NCBI GenBank assembly: GCA_028023455.1
Contig: JAQFVV010000003.1
Coordinates: 23,126,001 to 23,190,000 of the forward strand
Reading direction: 5' to 3'
DNA length: 64,000 bases
Source: Epiperipatus broadwayi
Lineage: Eukaryota; Animalia; Onychophora
The first letter of the stretch is position 1, and every line of letters begins with the position of its first letter. A model generated the notes under the pieces. The model did not search any database. It saw nothing but the letters and a program-made list of their open reading frames with translations, and was not told the origin of the DNA. The position numbers and the translations under genes are program-made. Positions 50,684-64,000 of the stretch are shown piece after piece.

Positions 50684-51758
50684 CAAAGTGTGACAATTTA
50701 ATTAATGGAATGCCTATGACCTAATTATGCATGTTTGAACAAGTTTAAGCTAACACGTAAATTTTAAGCTGGTAGAGCTTGTTGTTAGTTAGCTACTGAG
50801 AAGGTAATAAAATATCCATGTATGCTTTGACGTTAAAATGGATGATCAAGATTTTGAGCAATATATTAAATTTTGTATTAAAATCGACAGATGTGCTACT
50901 GAAACATCACAACTGCTGCAAATGGCTTATGGTGAAGATGTTATGAAGAAATTGAATGTGTTTGAGTGTCGTAAGAGGTTCAAAGATGGGCGAGAAGATG
51001 TAATGGATAATCCCAGAGTGGACAGCCAAAAACAATAAAAGATTTCCGCAAAGTTTGTACCTCAGATCTTGACAGACGAACAGAAATAGCATCAATTTGA
51101 TTTGCAACCGATCTTTCTTCATATATGTGTTTGCTTCTGAGATGAAGTGTGGGTGATAGAACACAGTGCTTCCATTATGACCTAGAAACAAAATGTCAGA
51201 GCATGCAATGGAAATTTCCCAAATTCATTGCATTGTACAAATGCACACATGTTGCGCTCGCAGTGCTGGTGTGTTTCTTTGATCACAAGGGAATAATCCA
51301 CCAAGAATTTATTGAACAGGGACGAACAATCTACCAACAATGTTATTTAAAAGTATTTCCGAGATTACGAGATTCTATTCGAAGAAAAAGACCCAAATTG
51401 GGGCCTGACAAGTGGATCATTCAGCATGATAATGTACCATGTCATTGTGCACTCATTGTGAGAGACTTTTTGGCTAAAAAATCAATTGCATAACTAGACC
51501 ATCCATCCGCCTATTGACCTAACTTAGCTCCTTGTGATTTTTTGTTATTTCCAAAATTAAAAAGTGCCCTAAAAGGACACAGATTTTCTATTATAACTGA
51601 TATCCAACAGTATGTGAGGCAGCTGCTCAACTGTATTCCTGGAAATGAGATCCAGCTGGGTTTCAAGAAAAGGGAATGCCTGCACAAGGGACTACTTTGA
51701 AAGCGACAGCAGCCATTGATGTACACTCATTCCGGGAATTAAATTATCACACCTCATG
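50684..51758 (+). mobile_element. Mariner-family DNA transposon, decayed and internally deleted
   Basis: Imperfect TIRs (caaagtgtgacaatttaattaatggaatg / cattccgggaattaaattatcacacctca) with TA flanks. Motifs IKFC..ATET, KRFKDGRE, DEVW, HYDLETK.QS.QW, HDNVPCH and NLAPCDFLLFPKLK. Confidence 0.92.
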
Positions 51759-51959
51759 TATATATTATTTTAGCTTATTAAATGTAGCATTATCACATTA
51801 AAGTTAGTATTAAACCACAGCATATTGGTTCATTTTCTTACTTAAAAAGCTAACAAGTTTAAATTGATTCATATTTTCATGGTGATAATCATTCAAAGTA
51901 AAAGTTGCTGAAGATTTGTTTTTCTTTCCCTGACTGATAAGTCTTAAGTTTTTTGATAA

Positions 51960-52760
51960 TTAATTACTAAACCGAAATCTTTATAAAATGTATTCAAATG
52001 TTAATTAACATTCTGTGGATCTTTTTTTGAATTGACAAGAATATACATTCTGCAAAATCTAGAAACCGCCAGAAAAATGTTCTTGTTTTTGCTTTTAAAA
52101 AGTTTAAATTAAATACTTCATCAAATCTGTATTGTGTTTTGATATCTGCTTTGGTATGTTCTATATAAAAATGAAAAACAAAGTTGGAGTTAGTATACAT
52201 CCTTGTTTAACACCAGTTTTTTTTATTTTAAATGCCTCAGATTTTCCATCAGAAGAAATAATGTTTTCTTTTCTTCGTGTAAATAAACTGCAATAGATAG
52301 TCAATTAGCTTTAAACATTGCCACAGAGTTGTTTGATTAATTGAGCTAAACGCATTGACCAAATCAATAAAAACAATATATAAATTGTTTCTTTATTCCA
52401 GACTTTTTTATTTCCTTTGCTAGTATCAGAAATCATCTCTTTACTGTTTAATTTTCTGAGACCACACCAAATCTTTAGTAATTATTCATCTATGACTGAA
52501 AGCAATTATTCAACATAATTTTTGAAAATATTTTTGCTGTTGTGGATAACAGTGATATTGTAATTATTAGAATTTCTATTACTTTTATATTTATAAATTA
52601 GAACAATAAAACCATCCCTGAGATCAGATGGCACAATTTTATGGGTTTATATATTCCTAGAAAATTGCACTAATTTTGAAGCTAACTTATCTCTATATTT
52701 AATTTTTTTTTACAAATTTCATCAAAATTTACAACCACAAAGATCTGTTTTAATTTTATT
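51960..52760 (-). mobile_element. Decayed BovB-type RTE LINE RT fragment
   Basis: Minus strand gives VPSDLRDGFIVLIYK, ITLLSTTAKIF, GVKQGCILTPTLFFIF and RFDEVFNLNFLKAKT. Confidence 0.78.
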
Positions 52761-53589
52761 AAACTGAATATCTTTTTTTAAATAAATAAGTAGGATAGAT
52801 ATATAGTCAAAAGTCATCATGTTAATTCTTGTATTAGTCAAAAATTGATCAAAATATCCATTTGTTTAAAATATTATTATTGCATTAAAGAATTTCATCT
52901 ATGAATTTAATAGGATTTATGATATTGCTTTTAAACCCATATGTTATATTTAATGCATCAAGAAAAATCTAAAGTAATCATTATTATTAAATGTTTATAT
53001 ATATATTGTAATGGTCAGAATTCTTATATCTCATTAACTAGTTCCACAATCCTTCCACTACATTTGAAGAGCAGCACCATAGGTGGATTCAGGGCCTGCA
53101 ATGCTGAGTTCGAACCTAGTAGATTGACTACGCAACATTACTACGGAACAACATGCCTGCCTCCATATTAGAAAACATTTTTTTAGGCCACGGGGGTCAG
53201 GGAGATGCAAGAGACTCTAAATAACTGTTTAAAATTAATATCACTATTATCCTAATGAATGACCTTCCTATCCTTAAATTATTTCGATGTGAGACACCAT
53301 GGCTATAGGACATTAAAGGAACAGAAATACTATATATGTTTAATAGTAATCTAAATGTGGTTACATTTTTGAGTTCGGTAATTTCTGAAACTACTTATAT
53401 AAAATTAAATGACTAGTATAATATTTATTTGATCTGGCTCTTTAGGTATTTAATGGAAACACAATTATTCCATGCCTAACATTAATGATATTAGCCATCA
53501 TGCGAGGTAAATATTTAACAAAATATGCGGCCATGAATATACTTGCCTTAACAATAGATTTTATATATTTTTAAAAAGTTTTATCTGTG

Positions 53590-53930
53590 TAACTAAATCT
53601 AAGGGGCCTGTTATTGGAGGGCAGATAACATGGAAGACTTGGAAAGTGTAATCATAAGCATATAATGAAAAGGTAATTAAATGGACGAGAGGTGATATTC
53701 GTAGATATGCCAGGTAATAATTAAGGAGCGAACTATGATACGAGAAGCCATTAGGAAATATAAAACTTGTGGGTAGATTTTCTGCCTGGGACTCTATGAG
53801 ACCAGTCATAATCGCAGGTTCAAGTGTACGGGAACTTCTGCCACTGTTATCACTCGCCGCATGACGGACTCAGCTATCCATTAGAGCACTTCTAAATACG
53901 CCCTTCTATATGGGAGCGGAACGATACCTT
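53590..53930 (+). mobile_element. Possible 3' fragment of a third Penelope-like element (GIY-YIG end plus terminal region)
   Basis: GRLGKCNHKH, KVIKW and MIREAI occur in successive frames in a CpG-richer tract. Confidence 0.4.
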
Positions 53931-55699
53931 TTGAGCATAGGTATCTGGTGATTTCTATGGTTTTAAAAGAGAGAATTTGGCATCGCTACACTATAATACC
54001 TATCGTTATAGAACATAGAAATATTTATATTTAAAATCGCTTAAAAAAATGATGATCCACTCCAAGGTCCACATTTATGAGTTATTTACTTGCAAGCCCT
54101 CAAATAACCAGATATTGGTTTGACTAACCTAGGTAACTCATATATAAACCAATTAATAATAATAAAAGGGGAATTAAAATTCTATTTTATGTCTATTGCC
54201 AAGTTGAGATATCCGTCCGCAATAAATTATAATACATCTGCATTAATAACTAATCATGAAAGTAGGAAGGATGTGTCTCTATGGTTATGGCAATTTATTT
54301 AAATACAATATAACAATGGGAGCCATAGTAATAGACAATGAGAATGCATCCAACAAATAAATTATTTATAAATCAATATAGATAATTCCCAAGCTAGCAG
54401 CTTTATCAATATCAAATGAATTTATTGTAATTATATTATTTTAATGATTTTGCACATTTTGGCAAAGACTACGAATGCTAATAGTTAATAAAGCTAATGG
54501 TCTAGATCAGGAATTATTTAGGCATGAAATCAATTACAGAAATAAATAATGAATAATAAATGGATACCCAAAGTAAAAGGGAAAGATCAGAAGTTAATTA
54601 AAACATTTAATAGAATTACAGATACTTAATTATTATAGTTTCACAGAGTTTACATGATAAGAAAATTATATGTAAAAATATAGATTTGAGATACGAGCTA
54701 TAGCTTTAAAGCTAAGAGTAAAAGTTCTTAGAGATTTTGGGTACCGTTACCTTTGAATTCAGATGAATATGCACGTTTCTGAGTGATCATTTCTGGTCCA
54801 TTGAATATTAAGCAGCAGTTTTTCTTCAACAGTTCATTTCATATTATTAGCATCATTTTGATCAGGCAGCAGCATATGAATTAAGCAATCATTCAGTTTA
54901 TTTTCAATTAAGCAGGGAATCCAGCGCATTTCCCATCATCCAGAGGAGAACAGCACGACTACTCCTCAAACATGGCAAAATAAAAAACGGACAGTATAAT
55001 TTAATTTTTTATAATATTTAAACTATGGCATGAATCAGAAGAGCGAGCAAACAAAACAAGAAAAGCAAAGAGAGCCAACACAACAAAAAAAGGGAAAGAG
55101 AGCCCACCTAAAAAATATAAAGTTCTGATGTTATAAACTCTTTTTCTTTCTCATCCCTTATCTTGCGGATCCATCTGACATTATGTAGTTATTGCCTTTA
55201 TAGTCCGCTAAGTAATATCCGCAGGTAATTTAATGCATTGGAAGCACATGTTCAGTTTGTATTTTCAATCCAAGAATTTTGCTTAATACTTTTTCTTGTA
55301 TTTTGCTTCTGATCTGGTTATAATGCATATGTTTCTTAAAACTAATTAAAAAGCTTTTAGGAAATTGTCAGTATTCTATTGTCTCTTCCCACCCACTATG
55401 ACTTTGCAATTTCACTTAAGCAGGGGAATTTCTATTTTTATAATTTCTACATTTTAAAAGTTAAAAACAGATTTTAGAATTTACAAATTAAAATGTTATT
55501 AAATAAAATTGATCTAAATAACTATTTACACAAAGAAATATTAAATTTAAACAAATTATTTAAAGTGTGTTATTTAATTTAATATTTATCTGATATTGAA
55601 GTGTGTGTATACATACGGTATATTTAACAAGCGTTTATATATATATTTAGCACCGTTATACACATACAGTCCAATATTGAGGGTTTAAATTTAGGTGGG

Positions 55700-55790
55700 A
55701 TGGAGGGGTGAGTAGAAGACGATAGAACAAAATATAACAGGCAAAACTAAGATTCGAACTCGAATCTTACTATTTTCTCGCATCTTACTG
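55700..55790 (-). mobile_element. Possible tRNA-derived SINE fragment
   Basis: B-box-like GAGTTCGAATC lies inside a perfect hairpin taagattcg-aact-cgaatctta. Confidence 0.3.
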
Positions 55791-56020
55791 TTTCAATATA
55801 TCTTTACAGTATTTATTTTTAAGCTTTCTTGTCAGTGGCTGAACTTTTGCCATTAATTCTGTGTATTGCTTATAAAACTCCTCATGCAATGTATTATTTT
55901 GACAAGAAGAAAAAGGGTGTATGTGTGTGTGTGTGTTTTAGTAAACCCAAGAATGGTTATACTTTAAGGAGAAGCCATGAAATGGAAAAATTGTTAAACT
56001 CAGAAAAATCTTTATAATAA

Positions 56021-56200
56021 GTAATTTAAAGTGATTATTTAATATCTTCACGCTTTCACTTTCAAACACTTAAGATTCGCCCATACAAAAGCATTTGGGT
56101 TCGAAAAGATAGATGGCCATTCTATCTTTTCCAAAGACTTTATCATGTGTTTGAAGTGTTTGTATTCATTCATTTTATAGTTAAAATCCAAAGCGCATGT
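56021..56200 (+). repeat. Diverged solo copy of the right arm and part of the spacer of the 33 kb fold-back
   Basis: agtaatttaaagtgatt, cacgctttca, acttaagatt.gcccata, gcatttgggtt, caaagactttatc and aaagcgcatgt occur in the same order. Confidence 0.85.
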
Positions 56201-56528
56201 GCAACAGTTTAATGCTGTTTAAAATATTACAATAAAAAATGATGATGAAAAGACGATCTTTTTGTTTAAAATATACAATAAAAAGTATATTTTTAATACT
56301 TGCTCTGAAGAATGTTTTGACAGTGTTTAAGTTTTAGCAAAAATTTTATTATTTGCCACTGATAAAGTATAAAACAATCTAATTACATTCAAATGGCTTA
56401 TTATTTTTTATTAAAATTTTTTTATAAATTATTTTCCATATTCTTTTGTGGTAATCTTAGTTCCATTTAATAAAAAAATTAAATTTTAATAAAATAGTCT
56501 GAATATCATTGTTATTTTTTGTTTTCAG

Positions 56529-56668
56529 TTAATATTTGATCGTGTCTATAAAGCTGTAATTGAGAAAGTCAATGAAGGTGGAGAGTTTAGTAAAACATTA
56601 TTCCACTTTGCTTATGACTACAAAATGAATTGTCTTGAGACTGGTTATTCAACACCCATCATGGATAA
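56529..56668 (+). CDS. ACSL3/4: ACSL exon (LIFDRVYKAVIEKV...FAYDYK...GYSTPIMD)
   Basis: ttcag acceptor, gtaag donor. 140 bp, phase 0/2. Confidence 0.94.
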
Positions 56669-56746
56669 GTAAGATCTTTAAAATTGATTCAATACTATTT
56701 TTTATTTATTTTTTGAAATCCAAAGAATACCTTTTTTAAAAAATAA

Positions 56747-56968
<222 letters not shown>

Positions 56969-59877
56969 TGATATATAAGAATTTGCAGTTATTAAAGTTC
57001 TAAAGTTATTCTATTAATATTTTATCTTTTTAAGAAAAACATCTATTTTTTGTTTTAAAATTTTAGAGGCCTTGTGATATGCTATTTAGCATATGTCCCT
57101 GCCATTCTAACAATTTAAAGATTGAATATGATTTTGATAGCCAATCCATAGTTACACTAGCTAGGTATCTATTTATTATTAGAGAATGAATATCTAATTA
57201 TTTTTAAAGAATAAAACAAGAAGAATAAATCTCGAACCCTCACTGAGTAATAATTGTGTAACCTGGTGAGTATTATTTTTATCACTGTTTCTTTTTGGAA
57301 GGCAGTTGGAGAGATCTTTGCTCTACAATAGCTATAGTCTATTTATCCTTTATGTATATAATCCACATATCTTTAATGATTTTCTTATTAAGATGATGAT
57401 AGATGTATATAGGCAAGTGAATAATGATAAGATACTAATATAGTGATTAAGTTTTAGCAGTTTTAATTAGTTAAATGTCTGGAATATATTGAATTTTACA
57501 GAAGAGATATGCCAGCAATAAATCACTATCATTTTGCTAAGAGATACTTGGTTTAGTAATAGGATTATTTTTATTATATCAATGAGAATTATAATTTTTG
57601 TGGAAGTGACTGAAGCAATCCTGATTAAAATAATAAAAAGAGAATGAAACTTTTAGGGTGAAAGGATGTAATTTTTTAGAAGGCTGATAAGAAATGCAAT
57701 TTCATTCGCCTATTAAATTAAAGCTAACATTTTAGCAGTTCAAATTTTTTCTTTAACAAAGTTAAAAATAAGCCTTTCAAGTCTCCCAGTTGCTGGAAAG
57801 TTTTTAAAGCAAATGGTATTTGTTACAATCCTCATAGCATTTAGTTCTACTAATGCTTAAGTGAAGTTAGATAAACATTGGTGATGAAGATATTAATGCT
57901 ATTTCACAATTATTACATCACATTTTTTGAGATCATACACAGCCTGAAGCATTTCTGTGTTACTTCAACATGTAAAGTTGAAGAAAATAAACATTTTTAT
58001 TTTTGAAGAAAAAAGATAAATTGAAACAGTTGTGTTATTTGTTTGCTTTTCATGAGATTACATGTTAAAGCAGAAATAGTTTTTGCAGAATACCATACTA
58101 AAGCTGAGGGAAATTTTCCAATATTGATAGATAAGTAATGTGCATTAATTGAAATTTTACCGTTGAGATTTATTGATATAATCAAGGGCTATAGCTCTAT
58201 TTTGAGACATTCATTAGCCATACTGAATGAACCGTTAGATTATTTTAGTTAACATATAGGAATTTAAAGTTGCAATCATAAAATTCAACAAATGGTAATT
58301 TTTTATCAGATGATAAGACATGAGTTTCATAATGAGTTGCTGTCTATTGACCTATTTTTTAAAAATTAAAAAGAAAACCATTTTACTTCAGGGTTCTGTG
58401 AGAAATTGTATTAAATAATAGAATCATTTACTATTTGGAGTTTATAAATCAGAAACTTGAAATGAAGGACAAATCATAGCATGTGGGAAAATGTATGGAA
58501 AATGTGAACAGTATTGAGAAATTTTCTCATTTAGTATTTAAATGCCTATAAAGAGATACAAAATTCAATGTTATTCACCAAAAAAAGCCCATAGTCAAAA
58601 ACTAATTGTTATTTAAATATATCACTAGCATTTGGTGCCTATCGATTATTCGACCTTATAATAAATGATTGATGTAGAGTCAATTATTGATTCCAATGCA
58701 GTGTAAGTAAGCAGAAAAAGTCATGCTACTTAGAAACTAATAGACCATATTCAATAGTTGTTTTTTTTTCTCTACATATGTAACATGAAGTATTCTGGCT
58801 TTACATGTGGAGGCAGTCTAGAGCTAAAAAAACTGCCATATTCCACCACACTAAACTATCAGTCATAGTTGAATACACATTTTTATTTTCATTTTACTTG
58901 TTTTTTTTTTTTAGAAGAAATAAATCTCAAATAATAATTTTGAAAAATACAATTTTTAAAAACAAAACTTATAATAATTCAATTTTGATTAATAGAGATG
59001 TGGAAATGGTCATTTTAGACCTGATTTTTCACTGAATAACCAATACCAATTACTTTTAAATTTTATAGATAGAATAATTATTCTCCAGAGATAAGTTAAA
59101 ATTATTTTATATTCATTCTACTTTTTTTTTTTTTGGTAATTTAAAAAGAAAATAAGTATTATAACAATATTTTCACCTCTGAAAATTATACTGTACATCA
59201 ATTTTGATTTTTTTTTTTTTACTAATTGTGAATAAACATATGATCCATAATTAGGAGGAAAAAGAAAATCTTACTGGATAGTTATCCCATAATTTGAAAT
59301 ACTATGCCATTTATTTATTCATTATCTATTATAACCTGTTTTTGTGTAAGTACTAACATTTTATGAGAGCAGATCCACTGGTATATTATAATGTAAAATC
59401 ATATTGCGAGGCAAGTTAGTTTGGATTTAAAACCAAAGGGTCTCTTGTTAGTTTTGGGAATGTAAAAGAAATGAAAGTAACTTCTGAATGTGTGGATGCA
59501 TAAATTCAATGCTTTTTAGTGAAATTATTTTTTCAAAAATTATCTGGGATTTGAATGTTGTACTACCGTCTAGTGTCTAATAATTACTCTAGCTTATATA
59601 TAAAGACTGGCTTTCAAATAGAATAAGTTAGTTGTCAATGAATAGATCAAAATGCAAGAACGGAAAGAATTAAACAGTTCTTTCTTGTACATTTATTCAT
59701 TACTGCGATCTATTTATAAATCTCCATTTCATTTTGATAAGTTTTTTCTTTAGATGATATGTATCTTTGTCCAAATTAATAGTATTTTTAATAAGTTTTG
59801 CAATTGTATGTATATAAAAATAAATAAATTGAAAACTACAAGGTACGCATTAATTTAATTTAATTTAATTTTTCTAG

Positions 59878-59952
59878 CCACTGATCTCATGGTAGGGCAT
59901 GTTGGTGCTCCAATTAGATATGTGGACATTAAATTAAGGAACTGGGAGGAAG
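59878..59952 (+). CDS. ACSL3/4: ACSL exon (TDLMVGHVGAPIRYVDIKLRNWEE); gene continues beyond the window
   Basis: tctag acceptor, gtaag donor. 75 bp, phase 1/1. G.VGAP...IKL..W.EG motif. Confidence 0.94.
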
Positions 59953-60593
59953 GTAAGTTTATAAATCAGTTATTCCTATAAATGCTATAATTTTATTTAT
60001 CAGTATTATTAAAATGTTAAATTTTTCATGTAAATATACTTTCATTAAATAATTGTTATATTAATTATCATTGCATATTGTTCATTGTATATCAGTTCAG
60101 ATTAAGTTTAAGAAGAATATTTAAAATGCATATGCAAACCTTATAGCCAATGTGGATTCAAATCATAATCTAATAATGTTTTATTTTTAAGATAATATGA
60201 ATACTTGAGCTAATAAAAAAATGGGACATTAATTATTTGAAGAAAAATGATAGAAAAATATTCAAATTTAGTTTTAAAAAAATGGAATTTCCAATTTTAT
60301 TGGAATTTAGCCTTTTATTATTTTTATAAAGATTCGTAAAACCCATTTTTGTGAATAGAAACATCACGGAAAGAAAACTCATAAAATAAAATCTTTCAAA
60401 ATATGTGAACTCATTATTTTGTTTCTTTAATAAAACAAGGTTATTAAAAGTGAGATTCAATCTTCATTCTTGTATAATTTATTATTAATTGAATATTATT
60501 AATGTTTTATTTCATATGGCTGATGTATTAAGTTCGTTCAGAATTTTTATTAATGTCAGCAATGCTAAATTTATAAACATCAAAAGCATAGAT

Positions 60594-63500
60594 CATCATC
60601 ATTATCAACCATTATCAATCCACTGCAGGATGAAGGTCTCTCCAAGTTTAATCCATCTTCTCCGATCTTTAGCTTCTCTTCTCCACATCACCCCTGCATA
60701 CTTTCTTTCATCCATCCATCTCACATGTGGTCTCTTTCTGAGTCTTTTACAATCTCTTGGAATCCAGTTTAAAATTTCAATTGTCCATCTATTATCATCT
60801 CTTCTAACAATATGTCCAGCCCAACTCCACTTCAATCTTTTAATTTTTTCAATGAGGTCAGTAACACCTGTTTGTTCTCTTACCCATACATTGCGTTTAT
60901 GATCTCTTCTTGTTACTCCCAATATACATCTCTCCATACTTCTTTGGGTGGTCTGAAGTCTCTGAATTGCTCTTCTATTAAGTGTCCAAGTCTCAGATCC
61001 ATAAGTAAGAACTGGTAAAACACATTTGTTAAAAACCTTCCTTTTCAAACACATAGGCTATTTCCTTTTAGTATCAAGTTATTTCTACCAAAAGCACTCC
61101 AACCAAGTTTAATTCTATGATTAATTTCCTCCATTATGTTTCCATCTGTATTAATAATCTGACCAAGGTATTTGTAACTGTTAACTTTTTCTAATTCATC
61201 ATAATCAAGTTTTATTTTCATATTTTGAGCAAATCGATTAAACAGTACTTTAGTCTTTTTAACATTTATCTTTAGTCCTACTTTCCTACTTTCATCTGAT
61301 AATTCCTGCAACATTTCCTGCAGATCTGAAGCATTATTTGCAAAAACAACTACATCATCTGCGAAATCTAAATGACTTAAATAATCACCATTTACTTTCA
61401 CTCCTTTAGTTTCCCATTTTAATCCACAAAATACTTCTTGCAGCACTGCTGTAAAAAGTTTTGGAGATATGGAGTCACCTTGTCTTACACCTTTCTCAAT
61501 GTTGACTTTCCCAGTGTCATTATGTAATCTAATTGTTGCTGTTGCATTTTTATAAATATTTTTTAAAATATGACAATATCCTGGATCTATACCTTGATGA
61601 TCTAATGCTTTAATCACTGAAGAAATGTTTGTAGAATCAAATGCCTTTTCATATTCATTTGTCCTTTCTATAACTTCTCTCAATACCTGGATATGATCTA
61701 CTGTACTAAAACCACTTTTAAATCCAGCTTGTTCTCTTGGTTGGTGGAAATCCAATGTTCTCTGTAGACGAGTAGTAATTATCTTGATAAAAATTTTATA
61801 TAAAACTGATAAAAGGCTGATAGGTCTGTAATTTCTAATGTCTTCTTTATCACCTTTTTTAAATATTAATATTATTACTGCATTCTTCCAATCATCCGGT
61901 ACATCTTTATCATTTAGACATTTGGTATATAACTTTGCTAAAAAAAATTTTTTTCTTCACCTGCTTCTTTTAATATATCAATTATAATTCCATTATCACC
62001 TGGAGCCTTTCCTTTCTTCATACATTTAATTGCATGTCTCACTTCTTCATTTAAAATTCTGGGCAATTTGGAAGATGTAATAGATATAGGAGGTACTTGT
62101 TCTTTATTACTATATAATTCTTGATAAAAATCTTCTACCAATTTCATGATGTCATCTCTCCTTTTAGTAATAATTCCATCTTTTTTTCTTATTGCAGATA
62201 TAAATTTCCTACCAATACCAAAATGTTGTTTTACATTCTTAAGACTTTTATTTTCTTCTACAGCTTTCCTTGCTAGTTCACAGTTATACATTCTTATATC
62301 ATTTTCAACTCTTTTCCGTACCATTTTACAAAATTCGAGATATTCAATTCTTTTTAATGCATCATTTTTGTATATCTTCATATTCCTTCTTTTCTTCATA
62401 AATTCTCTAGTCTCAGTAGAAATTTTATTGGCCAATTGCTGTTTTTTTCTACCAGCTATCTTTGTTGCAGTTTTCAAAAGTGTATCAGTTATTTTCATAT
62501 TAATTTCATTCAAATCTGAATCATGTTCAAAATCTACTAATACTTGAAACCGATTTGTAAGTTCTAATTTAAATTCATTAGAATGTTTCTGAAGATTAGG
62601 AATATCAACCGTAAATATTGTTTTTCTTAATAATTTTTGTCTCTAGTTTTACATTAACACGTATCTTACACCTTACTAATCGGTGATCACTTCCTGTGTT
62701 AAATTTATTAAGAACATTACAATCTTGAAATATGTATTTCCTGTTAGTTAAAATATAATCCAATTCTGCTGTACCTTCATTTGGATGCTTCCATGTCCAT
62801 TTCCTTTTAACATTTTTCTCAAAAAAAGAATTCATAATATAAAGTTTTTCTTTTTCTGCAAACTCCACAAGTCTATGTCCTCTCTCATTTCTATTACCAT
62901 AACCAAAATTACCTACAGCAATTTCATCTTTCATGTGTCTACCAATTCTAGCATTAAAGTCTCCCATAACAATTTTAAAATGGTGTTTACTCTGATCAAA
63001 AGCCTTTTGTACATCCATATAAAAATCTTCTACTACTTCATCACTATGAGAACTTGTTGGGGCATAAACCTGAATTATCTGCATTTGGTATCTGCTATTA
63101 AGTTGTATAACTAATCTTGCCACGCTTGCCACTCTATCCGATACACCATCAATCTCCACAATATTGTTCTTCCACTTTTTATTTATAATGAATCCTACTC
63201 CACTTGTATTTCCAATATTTGTGCCTTTATAATAGAGTATATGTCCACTTTTTAAATCAATTGTCTCTTCACCTTTTCTTCTAACTTCACAAAGTCCAAT
63301 AATGTCCCATTTAATATATAAGAGAGTTCTTCTTCTAATTCTTGCAATCTTCCTTCACTTGAAAGTGATCTGCAGTTGTAAGTACCTAAATAAAAAGTCG
63401 TCATCAAATGGCAGCCTGGGTCTGCAATCAGGGGATTCTTAGCACCCTCCGCCTTCGGCCACCAACCGCTGCCTTGGTTGGTGACTTTACAGCCTCCTGG

Positions 63501-63834
63501 GAATAAGGGCTGTGCTTTATTTTTGTCTGTCATAATTGTATATATGTATCGGGAAAATATTTATCGTTTACACAAACATTCATTCTGCCTTATCAGACAC
63601 TGAGAAGAAAGACCATGGTGTTTCTTGATCTTAAACTAAGAGGTAAAAAGCCAATAAACTCACCACGCTGGCTAATGCGTGTTGGTGAGCAGCCCATCCA
63701 TGTTCGTATACTGCTGCAACGACAAGAACGTATGGAGTGGACATTAGGAATTTGCCCTGCTCGATTCCTTTAAGGCCTCCAAAAGGAATCAAAGGGTCTC
63801 CTTTCAGTTAATAGCAAAACTCCTCTCTGCAGCC
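60594..63834 (-). mobile_element. Full-length RTE LINE (3241 bp): frameshifted APE-RT ORF (63533-60605), (ATG)n tail, 11 bp target-site duplication
   Basis: TSD aaagcatagat at 60583-60593 and 63835-63845. Motifs GTYNCRSL, QVYAPTS, GDFNA, SDHRLV, GVRQGDSISPKLF, LDFADD, YKYLGQ and LTYGSETW. Confidence 0.97.
63695..63834 (-). ncRNA. HDV-like self-cleaving ribozyme candidate at the RTE 5' end
   Basis: P1 (G)GCUGCA/UGCAGC, J1/2 hairpin GAUUCCUUU/AAAGGAAUC, P2 UCCAU/AUGGA, P3 ACG/CGU with L3 UUCUUGU, J4/2 CGAAC with the candidate catalytic C at 63706. Confidence 0.65.
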
Positions 63835-64000
63835 AAAGCATAGATATACTGGGTTTAATCTATTTTATTTTTGATCCTGGGTCAGTAGTGGTATTTATTT
63901 CTAACTCCTGGGGAGAGTAGAATATGGGAAAATTTAGAGTGGGGAATGGAAAATAAAGTGGCTAACAGGTTTATCTGGGCTTAATTGTTGAGATATTTTT

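Noticed and set aside
53885-53930. Hammerhead in the putative third PLE fragment (ctaaatac gccc...gggagc ggaacg)
   Set aside because: It needs at least three core substitutions, so it cannot be distinguished from chance.
54450-54580. PLE thumb fragment (FRHEIN...IINGYPK)
   Set aside because: A single short motif with stops and no supporting RT or endonuclease motifs nearby.
62146-63114. Plus-strand ORFs of 109-137 aa here and at 60489-61018 and 7324-7548
   Set aside because: They are antisense shadows of RTE or PLE coding sequence with no recognisable motifs.

Overview
This is AT-rich animal genomic DNA, probably from an invertebrate. It carries 12 consecutive internal coding exons of one + strand long-chain acyl-CoA synthetase gene (ACSL3/4 type), and both gene ends lie outside the window. 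The introns, up to about 23.8 kb, are full of decayed mobile elements: four copies of one RTE LINE family, two BovB-type RTE fragments, a CR1/L2-like fragment, several Penelope-like elements (PLEs), a Tigger/pogo element and a mariner. Two RNA-level signals are the most interesting. (1) A three-copy fold-back element family carries a 42-nt minimal type I hammerhead ribozyme beside the left arm of a long inverted repeat, and stems II and III co-vary between copies. (2) An HDV-like ribozyme fold lies at the 5' end of a full-length RTE, and its predicted first nucleotide coincides with the element end defined by the target-site duplication. The window also holds many long palindromes and fold-backs. 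All calls come from reading the sequence by hand; no searches or folding programs were run, and boundaries of decayed elements are approximate.
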